From the NCBI RefSeq assembly GCF_006345805.1, contig NW_021836200.1, positions 1 to 25,323 of the forward strand: a stretch of 25,323 bases of DNA, read 5' to 3'. Made by a program: the position numbers and the translations under genes. The notes beneath the pieces are model-generated. The model was given only the letters and a program-made list of their open reading frames with translations. It was not told the DNA's origin and did no database searches. This DNA comes from Octopus sinensis. Its lineage: Eukaryota. The stretch's first letter is position 1. Each line of letters starts with the position of its first letter. Below, in pieces: positions 9,911 through 21,212 of the stretch.

Positions 9911-10260
9911 GTGTACAGGGCGTAAAAAACAACGTGAACAAAATGAAAAACGAGAACATAAAAAACAAAAACATAGAAAATGAACTTTTTTCGAATAACG
10001 AAATAAATAAATAGAGAAACGAGACAGCCAACATAAAGAACAATCCCTTCATCAGTTGTCCCCTGTTTTATCTACTCCGCATTTCGAACGTTGGGACAAG
10101 ACGCGACTTCGTTAAAACAGTCCTTTCCGCAAAGCAAACTGAATAAAATTTGGGATTTTTGCGATGTGTTAAAGGGGTACCAAAAACAGGACAGTGAGAA
10201 CAAAACAGTAAAACAAAAGGTAAGAGCTGTTAAGCTATAACAAGGTGAAGTGGTGAACGC
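9910..10260 (-). mobile_element. Non-coding repeat element carrying the permuted HHR candidate
   Basis: Related copy at 6158-6428; abuts (TA)n; right boundary approximate. Confidence 0.6.
10039..10106 (-). ncRNA. Candidate non-circularly permuted hammerhead ribozyme
   Basis: UCGCG-UC/UUGUCCC-AACGUUC-GAAA-UGCGG-14 nt-GGGACAA-CUGAUGA-AGGGAUUGUU: all core nucleotides present, 7-bp stem I, 6-bp stem III, weak stem II. Confidence 0.65.
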
Positions 10261-10292
10261 TGGAAAAACCAGCTTTGAGAAGAGACGACGAG

Positions 10293-10428
10293 ACGGGCTT
10301 CTTTCAGCTTCCGTCTACCAAATCCACTCACATGGTTTTGTTCAATCTGTGCCTATAGTAGAAGACACTTGCCCAAGGTGCCACGCATTGGAAAAACAAA
10401 CTTCTTAGCGCACAGCCACGTCTGCATC
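10293..10428 (-). mobile_element. Family B SINE, 5' half
   Basis: GACGGGCTTCTTTCAG...CCAAATCCACTCAC...GAAGACACTTGCCCAAGGTGCCACGCA is shared with copies at 12611, 22263 and 24003. Confidence 0.85.
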
Positions 10429-10496
10429 TATAAAATAGTGAATTTTATTCCTAAATTCGTATCATTTCTTTGACTACCACTGTCACAGGACACCCA

Positions 10497-10890
10497 TCTC
10501 TCTATATATAAAACTGAAGTTGCCTGTGTATGGCAGGTTTGGTAGCCTTCAACTAACATTATCTCCTCCGAGACCCTTCGGCACAAGTTGACCAAAATTG
10601 AGAGTGTGATAGAAGAAGGCTTGCTCTTCCTTCCGTAGAAGAGAAAACTCAAATCGGATCATGTTAACACCAAAAATTATTTACATAAATAAGGTGCTGT
10701 TTTTTCTATGAAAATCCCTATTTTTTACGATTTTTTTTACTGCTGTGTCGCCATTTTTCGGTGTATTTCAACCAGAAAAATGTTCACTTAAAGAGAATAA
10801 CAAGCTACATAATGCAAAATTTTTACTTTTCAAAAATTCTAATTCTAAAGGGTCGAAACAAACCCGAGAAAGGCCGGGCGATATTGCTAG
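10497..10890 (+). mobile_element. Non-autonomous Helitron-like element
   Basis: 5' A|TC...TCTATATATAAAA; 3' GC-rich hairpin CCCG...CGGG (10863-10878) followed after 8 nt by CTAG|T; no TSD. Confidence 0.7.
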
Positions 10891-11712
10891 TAAATGATAA
10901 AAGGCTTCAACAAATTATAGTCAAAATTTTAATCGATTTAATGCCATCTTTCGTTTTATTATCCCCCTTCTATAATCTATTTATTTAGTCATATCGTTCA
11001 TTTCATAATCTTCTTTTATAATCTGCCTTTTGTTGAAATAGTTTTAATACCTGATGCTTCTTTCATGATTTGTATATTTTCCTTAACTCGATGATTGACA
11101 ATTTAAAATCGCTTAAAATGACTGACTTTGCTTGTTTAAAACACAATAAACTCAAACTAACGTGACGTGACATATGGCTGTGCCGAAACAGCTTATTTTA
11201 ATGGACTAAGTTTCAACTAGACAAATAAGTGTAAACTTCGTGAAAACATTTAGGTAAATACAGTTCGCTTGTATATATACTTAAACGTCTCTTAATAGTG
11301 TTTTGCTTCTGTTCATCTGAATATATCAGATTTACATATACCCTGGAATCTGTCATTTCTCCTATCACTCTTGATAGAATGGTTTATTTACAAATACAGA
11401 CAAAATTTTTTTCATCGATATTGTTGACATGGGATTACGTGATTCTGAAAGCGAAATCTATGTTGTTTACTCAAGATGTTAACCTATTTCCTCTCTGCTC
11501 TCTCTCTCTTATTTATAAGGGTATGTGAATGCGAGTGCGTGTGCACGTCTTTGTGTGTCTCTGTGTGTCTGTATGCAAAACAAATTTATCAATTAATACC
11601 GTTAAACATATTCCTTTTGCAGTATTGAGACCCGCCAATAAAATAAACAGACTCAATATTTATTTTGTTCACAAATAAAACTCCTTCAGATTGAAAAGCA
11701 CATTAAAACATG

Positions 11713-11825
11713 GGCTTACAAAAGAATAAGTCCCGGGGTCGAGTTGCTCGATTAAAGGCGGTGCTCCAACATGGCCGCAGTCAAATGACTGAAACAAGTA
11801 AAAGAGTAAAAGAGTAAAAAAGTGT
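11713..11825 (+). mobile_element. Family B SINE 3' end with (GTAAAAGA)n tail
   Basis: Reverse complement of 12611-12705. Confidence 0.88.
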
Positions 11826-11864
11826 AAAGATCTTATTCATAAAAGTAATTCAAAGGAAATATTT

Positions 11865-12050
11865 ACTTCTCCATTTTGCCGCCCATCTACACAATCTGAG
11901 TTCAAATCGGGTCGAGGTGGATTTGGTCTGTCATCCCTTTTGGTGGTGAGTCGATGAAATAAGAACCAGTTGATCACGGGAGGTGGGGGTGATGCAATTG
12001 ACTTACCTTCTACGAAATTGCTGACCTCGTGCCTAAATTTAAAACCAATA
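11865..12050 (+). mobile_element. Family A-like SINE, diverged
   Basis: TCTGAGTTCAAATCGGGTCGAGGTGGATTTGG...GTCGATGAAATAAGAACCAGTTG. Confidence 0.75.
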
Positions 12051-12069
12051 TATATTGTTTTATACTCTT

Positions 12070-12364
12070 GGTACAAGGCCTTGAAAATTTTTTTGGGGAA
12101 AATAAAAGGTGGATTATATCGACCCCAGTGCGTAACTGGTACTTATTTAATCGACCCCGAAAGGATGAAAGGCAAAGTCGACCTCGGCGGAATTTGAACT
12201 CAGAACGTAGCGGCAGACGAAATACTTATTTCTTTATTGTCCACAAGGGGTTAAACATAGAGAGGACAAACAAGGGCAGACAAACGGATTAAGTCGATTA
12301 CATCGACTCCAGTACGTAACTGGTACTTAATTTATCGACCCCGAAAGGATGAAAGGCAAAGTCC
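12070..12364 (-). mobile_element. Two tandem 5'-truncated family A SINEs (12070-12225, 12225-12364)
   Basis: Duplicated GTAACTGGTACTTA...ATCGACCCCGAAAGGATGAAAGGCAAAGTC block. Confidence 0.9.
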
Positions 12365-12488
12365 AAGAACTACGTTAAGGGTACACGTGTCTGTGGAGTG
12401 CTCAGCCACTTGCACGTTAATTTCACGAGCAGGTTGTTTCGTTGATCGGATCAACTGGAACCCTCATCGTCGTAACCGACGGAGTTCC
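12365..12488 (+). mobile_element. Family C SINE 3' fragment
   Basis: Reverse complement of 18815-18935 (TACGTTAAGGGTACACGTGTCTGTGGAGT...). Confidence 0.88.
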
Positions 12489-12610
12489 ACAAAATGTATG
12501 TATAAGCATACATAGTCTACGCATAGCAGTTAAATCACCAATACACACACACACACATGTGTATATATATTTACACCTACCTACCTACTTACATATATAC
12601 ATACATTCAT

Positions 12611-12798
12611 TCTTTTACTTGTTTCAGTCATGTGACTGCGGACATGCTGGAGCACCGCGTTTAGTCAAGCAAATCGACCCCAGGACTTATTCTTTGTAAG
12701 TCTAGTATTTATTCTATCAGTCTCATTTGCCGAACTGTTAATTTACAGGGACATAAACACACCAGCATCGGTTGTCAAGCGATGTTGGAGGGGGACAA

Positions 12799-12852
<54 letters not shown>

Positions 12853-12975
12853 TCGACGAGCTTCTTTCAGTTTCCGTCTCCCAAATCCACTCCCAAGGCT
12901 TTGGCCGGCCCGAAGCTAGAGTAGAAAACACTTGCCCAAGGTGCCACGCAGTGGAACTGAACCCGGAACCATATA
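12611..12975 (-). mobile_element. Family B SINE with internal (CA)n(TA)n, head slightly truncated
   Basis: Colinear with 22263-22727; B-box-like GGGTTCAGTTCC on the minus strand. Confidence 0.92.
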
Positions 12976-12979
12976 GTTA

Positions 12980-12993
12980 GTGTGTGTGTGTGT

Positions 12994-13035
<42 letters not shown>

Positions 13036-13114
13036 GTATTAGTAGTAGTAGTAGTAGTAGTAGTAGTATAGTAGTAGTAGTAGTAGTAGTAGTAGTAGCA
13101 GCAGCAGCAGCAGC
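12980..13114. repeat. Compound (TG)n(TAG)n(CAG)n microsatellite
   Basis: Read directly. Confidence 0.96.
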
Positions 13115-13149
13115 AAAAGAAAAAATAGTTGCTACTGCTGCAGCTTTTA

Positions 13150-13300
13150 TCCCTTGAGCGCCCATGTTGGTCCGTTAGAGCACACATGATCGAAGACAAT
13201 CCTCCCACGACCACTTCGTCTCATTTTCATACATAGTCATGCTGCTATTTAAAAATGGCCGGATGTAATTCGAGTGGATTTGACTGCTATTTTTAGGAGG
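13150..13300. repeat. Old interspersed repeat, related copy at ~15925-16120
   Basis: GATTTGACTGCTATTTTTAG versus GATTTGGCTGCTCTTTCTAA, and TCCCACGACCA versus AGCCATGACTA; weak. Confidence 0.4.
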
Positions 13301-13516
13301 AACATTGACAAATAACATTCTTGTTGTTCCTTCTGTTTTTATATCTATTATAATACATTGTTCAATGTGTCTTTGTCCTTCCTTATCTAAATCTCTAGGT
13401 TATGATTTCGCTGCTCTTTCTAACACTTCGACCGACCTAGTAGTGTCTTGTATTGATGTAAGAGATGCTGGTGATGATGATGGGGATGTTGATTGGTCGT
13501 TGTAGTACTGCTAATC

Positions 13517-13885
13517 GTGTTGTTGTTTTGTTTGTGGTGGTGGTGGTGGTGGTAGTGGTGGTGGTAGTGGTGGTGGTAGTGGTGGTGGTAGTGGTGGTGG
13601 TGGTTGTCGTCGTCGTGTTGTTGTTATTGTTGTTGTTGTTGTCAGTGGTGGTGGTGGTTTTGTCGTTGGGGTTGTTGTTGTTGTTGGTAGTGGTGTTGGT
13701 ATTGTTATTGTTATTGTTGTTGTTGTTTGTGGTGGTGGTGTTGGTGGTAGTGGTTGAGATGCTGGTGGTAGGCGCCGCGTTGTCATAGCGATTGTGGCAG
13801 AACTATTTCTTTTGATGACGATGACGATGATGATGATGAGGAGGAGGAGGAGGGGCGGAGGATGAGGAGTAAGAAGATGACGTCG
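13517..13885. repeat. Compound trinucleotide low-complexity tract (GTG/GTT/GAT/GAG)
   Basis: Read directly. Confidence 0.93.
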
Positions 13886-15584
13886 ATGAAAATCATGGTG
13901 GGGGTTATCATCACAATGATCTCTCCCACCCCTCAACTCCACTCCCCCACGCCCCCGCCCCTACCACCTCCCATAGTGATAGTTACAGCGCTTGTTAGAT
14001 TGATGACGGGCAGTAAAAGAGAGAGAGAGAACAGACCCATTACTACGAAGCGCCTTCCAACTGAACAATACCAAAGCATTAGCTTACAGCAGAACGTTAC
14101 CTCATATTTTTATTTTACATTTTATTTCATCGTGATTTTGTTTATTTTGCTATTTTATGTTTCTTTTTCGCTGTTTTCAACAAAAATAAAATGGCTGCCA
14201 TAGCAACTAAAGTATTTTTATTTTAAGTTTTTCTTTTGTTTTATATTTTTGTTTTGTTTTAAATTTTATTTTAGTGTTATAGTTGATGTTAATTTACTTT
14301 AGAATGTGCCACTTAATTAACGCCTCTTTTATCTGATATTCTGATCAAATAATTTTAATGCAATTTTTGCCATTAACCAACGTCGTGTTGCATTTGTCTT
14401 TTGTGTTGTCGTTGTTTTTTTTGTGTGTTTCTTTGCTTATATAATTTTTAAAGTTAAATTTTCTTCATAAAATGCCCTCATTATGCAACTCAAGCGAGGT
14501 CATTCAATGACCTCCCGGAGTTATAGCAGGTTTTACTGTTATGAATATTCTTAAAATATCCCGCTTACATTCATCTATCGCATGTGTTAATAATGTATTG
14601 ATTCTGTTCAATTCAAACAGTGTGCACTTCAAAAAAAAATATATGTATTTCTTTAGGTTTCTTTCTTTATTTTTTTTTCTGTTTAATCATCATTCTCTTT
14701 GGAAGTCAATGTTGAGCGCAATAATAAAAGATGTAAAGTCGCTGCGTACCATTTGACTTCACTTACGCCATTATCAACTCTTTCAGCAAAGCACATACGT
14801 CACACTATGTCATTTCCTACACGTCTAAATCTGCGGAGTGAATATTTCTATTTTTATGTTTTTAAGATGTTATTTCTAATATTTTTCTTATAAATCTGTC
14901 TCTCTTTTCATAGAAATCCTGAATGTACTCTATTTAGTTCATTCTTCCCTGTTCGCTACGAAGATTACGTCAGTTCACTATATTTCTTTATCCAGCTGGA
15001 TATAAGTCGCTTCCTGTCGATCACCATCTGTTCCGAGGTGTCCAGTCGTTCCTCTTCTTTACAATGCACTTCCAAGCATCCATCTACTCATTGAATTATC
15101 TACGTTTACCTTAGAATACCTTTAAAGACAGCAGTTTGCTTCAGACTACAGCATATTGGCTATTTCTTTTTTTTTTTTGTCTTTTTCCTTTTTGTCTTGC
15201 TAATGTTAATTCCTCAAGATATTTTACCATTCTATCATATTGATTCTGGTCAGGCTCATTTTTCCTGTAAGACTTCAGGATATAAGATACTTTCCGGAAT
15301 GTATATTATTTTCTTTGTTTGTAAAGGTTTTGAATAAAGAATTAGATTTGCGGACAAAAATACAATATTGATTCTGTCATGTGTTCCCGGAGAATGTTCC
15401 TTCATATTTTGTTATTCCTATCATATTTTAGTCATTAGATACATTTTCTATCTGATATTATAAAGGAAAGCAATGTTTTACAGCCAACTTCTTACCTCAA
15501 ATCATAAACTAGTTTTGTAGATAATTTTTACCCAAATGTTGAAGCTGTTCTTGTTTCCTTGTTGCCAGTTAAGTTATTCTAAAT

Positions 15585-15901
15585 CATAGGTTCTCAAGGC
15601 GGGCCCTACCGCCCCCCCCCCCCCAAATGGGCGTTGAGACAGTCGAGGTGGGCGCTGGGGCGGTAGAGAAAAAGGAGTCGTGGGGAGGAAGGCAGTGATT
15701 TGGAGGAAGCTATGAATTTATAATATTATTATAGTATTGTTTACAAAATATATAATATTATATTAAATATCCAGTGATTCATAGTATATGTAAATTAGTA
15801 AATTATAAAATATCTATTTTTGCATAAGAATAGGAGTGGGGCGCTGATGATATTATATTGCCATGAGTGGGGCGGGAGCCCCAAATGTTTGAGAACCTCT
15901 G
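15585..15901. mobile_element. hAT (Charlie-like) MITE, 317 bp
   Basis: TIRs CATAGGTTCTCAA / TTGAGAACCTCTG (near-perfect); 8-bp TSD TTCTAAAT (15577-15584) / GTCTAAAT (15902-15909), close to the Charlie NTCTAGAN preference. Confidence 0.88.
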
Positions 15902-16354
15902 GTCTAAATCAACAATTTCCTTGTTGCTTAACCCCATATCGGACCCGATTCAGCAGATTTAAGAACCTAGGCTTTCCAGCCATGACTATATCGTCAGTCT
16001 CTTTCCTAGCGTACGAGAGGGATTGCACTATCCGATAAGTTACTCCATTTTCTAAGATAGTTTAGTTGTACTTTGAAGATTTGGCTGCTCTTTCTAACAG
16101 ATCGAGTATCCTTATAGATTCCATGAAAACGGGCTGTTGCGCTTTTGTATGTATTCATTTCTTGCATTGATTTATTTCTGCTTATCTTCTTTGTTTACAT
16201 GATTTATAACCTTGTCCAGAACTTCACCTCACAAAAAAGCCGTAACTGAAAACTTTTTTCGTTTCTCTAAAACTCATGAATTCCATTCCCGTCCACGAAC
16301 ACAAATCTACTTTGGTTCCCCGCTAACCACCAAACTCCACCAATATCACCAGAG

Positions 16355-16943
16355 AAGCACTTCTCAACTCTTTTTTTTCTTCTTTTGCCTATGGACGCCT
16401 TTTGCTCCCTATTTTACCACACTGGCCCCTCACTGCCATTCGATGTTTAAAACTTCCTATCATTATATTTTTATTAAATATTATTGGGGATTATTTACAT
16501 TATTTGCATTTGACGGATATCTTAGTTGTTTTTAATAGAATTCCCAATAATACAGTTCTATATTTAAAAGATGAGGAATTATCTACACTATTTACATTAT
16601 TTACATTTGACGGATATTTGTCCTCATCTTGTTTGTTGTTAACACGACGTTTCGGCTGATAATGAAGGCTGGAGTGTATATCAGCCGAAATGTTGTGTAA
16701 ACAACAAACAAGATGAGGACAAATATCAGTCAAATGTAAATAATGTAAATAGTGTAGCTAATTCCTCATCTTTTAAATATAGAACTGTATTGTTGGGAAT
16801 TCTATTAAAAACAACTAAAATATTTTATGTATTGTAGAATTATATCCAATTTATTGGACTCAATTTTTAACAGCAAAATTTTATAGGGATCCATAAACCC
16901 ACTCCACCCCAAGGGTCATAAGGACCCCAGTTAAGAACTGCCC
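16355..16943. mobile_element. Older hAT-like MITE interrupted by the palindromic insertion
   Basis: Degenerate TIRs AAGCACTTCTCAAC / GTTAAGAACTGCCC (10/14); subterminal ATGGAC/GGACCCC motifs. Confidence 0.5.
16517..16823. repeat. Inverted repeat with 145-bp arms (16517-16661, 16679-16823) and 17-nt spacer; PLE-type HHR remnant at the centre
   Basis: About 7 mismatches by eye; the centre reads ATGA-A-GGCTG-10 nt-CAGCC-GAAA-TG-TT-GTGT. Confidence 0.95.
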
Positions 16944-17879
16944 TTGAGTAACAGAAACTGTCCCTCTCTATCTATTTTCCTTTTTTTTTTTTTTGAGGCA
17001 TTCACACAATAATAACTTTCATTTTCTCATCAATATTTCGTTGTTGCTTCTGCTGCAATTGTCGTCCTCTATACCTTATTGAGAAGAGCTGTGATCCGAA
17101 ACCTTCCAGCGGCGGTCACTTTTCTTTTCTCTCCATTTTCTACACTAAGAACTTCATCCCGCAGCATGTCCTTCCTTTAGAATGAGGTCGTCTTTTTGTG
17201 TGAAATTTCTTGCAGCTTAAGTTGTTCAATCCATTTTGTCGTGTTTCAATGGGATTCAGGTGTACAGCATTCGTGCTTTTTGAAAATGTATTTCTCCCGA
17301 GACTGCCATAACATTCCTGATTTTATTTGAAACCGGGAGAGATAATCCCAGCTTCCATTTATGTTCACACAATTTTCACTTTATTCCAGTTTATCGATTG
17401 CAGATACTGCATCATTCTTTTTCACGTTTAAATTTTTGTACATTTTACAAATAGAATTTAAAGTGCCCATTCTCTCTTGTGGCTCTTTGCCAAATACTAC
17501 CAAAGTTTCTCTTTTTTCTGTGTTTTTTCTGAAATTTTTAGTATAATTGTTTTGTTTCTGTGAACATTCGAGTTAGCTGATGTTGTGTTAAAGCTATCAA
17601 ACCAGTATACAAAATCATACTAAATTGGATGATAACAAAATGGTGTAGTAAACCAAGAAATATTAATTAATTAATTAAATTTTCACCTTTATTAATGAGA
17701 AGAAATCATTATCTAAATGTCTAATACCGGTCAAGAAACATCGGAATTTTAATTAGTTGAAAGTAATTAAATGCTATAGTGAATAAGTCTGATCAACGGC
17801 AGAATGGAAAGAATTTTGAACGTGGTAAATATATTTGACTGTATTTGAAGGAGTTGCATCAATATACACATCCCATGGC

Positions 17880-18520
17880 ATAAAAGAGGCAGCAATGAGA
17901 TTTAAGTAGACATTCAGGGAACTGTGAAATTGTGTTACGCTTCACGGTTCGACCGAAACAATTGCTATTGCCGTGTATGAAGTTACAGCCCTTTACGTAT
18001 TCAATTTTAAATCCAACCACGGTAGACATTGCTTTTCCCACCTTCATTGGCCGATGGAATATAAATGAGTAAACAGCGAAGTCGAATTAACTATGCTGGT
18101 GTTTCTCGTAAAGCGGTGCCCCTTGGGTGTCTGTTGGCTGATCTGGTTGAGTTGATGAATGAAAATGTCTCTTGGTCACCGTGGGAAACTAACTGAACAA
18201 CATCTGCGAGCAGTAGATTTTATTATCGCACACAAAGACCTTTTACAGATAACATCAGCGATGATTATATTCTGTGGGGGAGATACTACCTGGAATTTAT
18301 GGCAACCTTCTGATGCAACATGTGGCTGCCCCAACATAACTGGAAACAATTGTGCTATATTAGTGCTGACGGTGGTTCTTTGTAATCTGAGCCATCTGCG
18401 TGGGACGTCTGATGTTGCAAGAATGGAGGCACATACCGCTCTTCTGCTTAATATTGTACAATTAATTACCGCCAAAAGTCGTCTTTTATGGGGCACAAAA
18501 GGATTCTAGAGGACTGAATC
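17880..18520 (-). pseudogene. Possible highly decayed Tc1-like transposase N-terminal half
   Basis: Ordered fragments TSDVPRRWLRLQRTT (cf. DRPRSGRPRxTT), STARR (cf. GLxARRP) and NVYR...CFG (cf. VYRRxGE...FGGG), across frameshifts. Confidence 0.3.
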
Positions 18521-18814
18521 TTGACGCTGATTGCTTGCTTAATAGACCAATCACATGTAACTATTGTGATTCAGTTGAGATGTTTGACCGTGTATCCAGG
18601 GATTCGGTTTCGAACCTCCGCTACAATGATTAAATATTGGGAGTGGAGCGTGCAGATTGCTACGTTTGTTGAAATTGAATAACTTTGAGCTATTTAAGGT
18701 TATCCAACGCTACAGGAAGGAAAATATAAACAATTGGTAGATACTCCCTCTAAGTTTCGAAGGAGGAATTATTCTAGCAATTGGTAGTCTGAGACCATCT
18801 GTACTCTAATCTGG

Positions 18815-19138
18815 CACTCCACCGGTTACGAAGTCGAAGGTTCCAGCTGATCCGATCAACGGAACAGACAGCGCGTGAAATTAACGAGCAAGTGGCTGAG
18901 TACTCCACAGACACGTGTACCCTTAACGTAATTCTCAGGGAGATTCAGGGTGGCGTGACACAGAATGTGACGAGGGCTGTCCCCTTGAAATACAGGTACA
19001 ACTCATTTTTGCCAGCTGAGAGAAGTGGAGCAGCATGAAGGAAAGTGACTTGCTCAAGAACACAATGCACCGCTTGAAATCGAACTCATGACCTTACGAC
19101 CGTGAGGTCAAATACCCTAACCACTTAGCCACGCGCCT
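18815..19138 (-). mobile_element. Full-length family C tRNA-derived SINE
   Basis: Head GGCGCGTGGCTAAGTGGTTAGGG (A box), GAGTTCGATTTC (B box), central TTCTTGAGCAAG domain. Confidence 0.92.
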
Positions 19139-19231
19139 ACACTACCTCTCTGTTATTCTTCCACCAATTACTAGCTTTATAGTTTTGTACCAAAGTCAGA
19201 GGTTGCTCTTATTACCACTGTTAGTTTTACC

Positions 19232-19372
19232 ATTGTTGTTGTTGTTGTTCTTCTTCTTCTTCTCTTCTTCTTCTTCTTCTTCTTTTCTTCTTCTTCTTCC
19301 TCTTCTTCGTCTTCTTCTTCTTCTTCTTCTTCTTCTTCTTCTTCTTCTTCTTTTCTTCTTCTTTTGCTTCTT
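19232..19372. repeat. (GTT)n(CTT)n microsatellite
   Basis: Read directly. Confidence 0.96.
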
Positions 19373-19651
19373 CCAATCAAGACTCACGCCATTAGCCACA
19401 AAGAATAATCTCTAATTCGAGCCTACTCTAAGCTACTAAGAATGGGTGTGGCAACTTGAAGATCCACCCACCACACGTGATAGACTGGTGGTTGCACGGG
19501 CATTAAAGCTACGTTCTTATCCTCATTCCATAAACGGTGGCTTTTAACGGGTGGAGAGCTGAACCATAATGGGGTACAGAGGATTCGCAATCTAGACTAG
19601 GATCTGAAAGTTTACCACACCATAGTGGGTTACACCATGGTTCCTCTGATT

Positions 19652-19842
19652 TGTGGAAGAAGTAGGAAGAAAGAGTGAGAGAAAGTTGCGGTGAAAGAGT
19701 ACAGCGAGGTTCATCACCACCCTCCGCCGTGGACCTTAGGTGTTTTTGCTCAATAAATACTCACAATGCTCGGTCTGGGAATCGAAACCGCGTTCTTACG
19801 ACCGCGAGTCCGATGCCCTAACCATTGGGCCATTGCGCCTCC
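19652..19842 (-). mobile_element. tRNA-derived SINE, family C-related head
   Basis: GGCGCAATGGCCCAATGGTTAGGG (A box), GGTTTCGATTCCC (B box), TTTATTGAGCAAAAACACCT. Confidence 0.82.
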
Positions 19843-20332
19843 CCTGCTCCTGTTGTTGCTGTTGCTGTTAAGCAACAAGATGAGTAAGGGTGATTAGGTG
19901 ATGGTCTAGGGCTTAGGGGCGGGAGACCCCAGACCTTGGAAAAAAAACCTTGGTCGTTTTGTTGTAGACGAGGGCTCTTCGTTGACGCCTGACACCACTG
20001 GAAGGTGGCCCTCGAATTCGCTGGAAATAGAGATCTCCAGGACCAAATTCTTGGATGGCTGCTGCTGCTGTTGTTTTCGTCATCATTAGCGATGGTATGG
20101 TGTTATACTAATTTATTATTTCATTGTTATTATTTCGCCCACATCATCATCATTAGAATTACCGTTGAGGTTTTGTTCGGGTTGTGTGTCATTGTGGCCG
20201 TTTTAATTAAGATTACTGTTTTGTAATGATTTCTCATTTCCTCCGAAAACTTGTTCTAAATATATTCAGCTTTTTTAGATTTCAGTAGGAATCAAAGTGT
20301 TTCGATATTAATTAAAATGCGATTTCTAACTA

Positions 20333-20472
20333 CTGATGATGATGATGATGGTGATGATGATTATGATGATGATGATGATGACGGCGATGACGATGTTGAT
20401 GATGGTAATGATGATGACGATGATGATGATGATACAAATAACAACAACAGCAAAAGGAACAACAACAACAAA

Positions 20473-20505
<33 letters not shown>

Positions 20506-20513
20506 AATAATAA

Positions 20514-20544
<31 letters not shown>

Positions 20545-20672
20545 AATAGTAATAATAATTATTATAATAAAAAAATAGTAATAATGATAATAATGATAAT
20601 AATAATAATAATAATAGTAATTATAATAATAATAATAATTAATAATAATAATCATAATTATAATAATAATAA
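20333..20672. repeat. Compound GAT/AAC/ATT/AAG/AAT microsatellite
   Basis: Read directly. Confidence 0.95.
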
Positions 20673-20689
20673 TTAATCATGGAGAAAAT

Positions 20690-20877
20690 TCTAACTGGGC
20701 CCCACCTGCAAGGTCATCTGCTGTTTATTTTGATATGGGATCACCATGTCGCGCACATATGGTTGTGATGCATGTGCTTGGTGTAACCTTATCAGACGGG
20801 TGGTCATGATGGGTATACTGGGCTTCGTATATTTTACTCTAGTGTCACTTTGATGGCATGCACTGCTCTCTCACTCA
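20690..20877 (+). mobile_element. Probable retroposon 3' end tailed by (AAT)n
   Basis: GC-richer block between AAT tracts that runs directly into (AAT)n; family not identified. Confidence 0.4.
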
Positions 20878-20901
20878 ATAATAATAATAACAATAATAAT
20901 G

Positions 20902-20950
<49 letters not shown>

Positions 20951-21139
20951 TAATAATAATAATGCAAATAATAATAACAATAATAATAATAGTAATAATA
21001 ATAATAATAATAATAATATAATAATAATATTAAGGCAAATAATAATAATAATAATAATAATAATGCAAACAATAATAATAATAATAATGCAAATAATAAT
21101 AATAATAATATTAATAATAATAATAATAATATTAATGCA

Positions 21140-21195
<56 letters not shown>

Positions 21196-21212
21196 AATTG
21201 AAAATAATAATA
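20878..21212. repeat. (AAT)n microsatellite with recurring GCAA interruptions
   Basis: Read directly. Confidence 0.96.

Noticed and set aside
13465-14203. Pro/Thr/Val-rich ORFs resembling extensin or mucin
   Set aside because: Trinucleotide repeats open in several frames on both strands.
14980-15560. Faint LINE-like peptides on the minus strand (DWTPRNRW; also NING...FQIKSG near 17320-17370)
   Set aside because: Too fragmentary to support a call without a profile search.
19060-19138. tRNA-like sequences (also 19770-19842)
   Set aside because: SINE heads with A/B boxes but no complete cloverleaf, continuing into SINE bodies.
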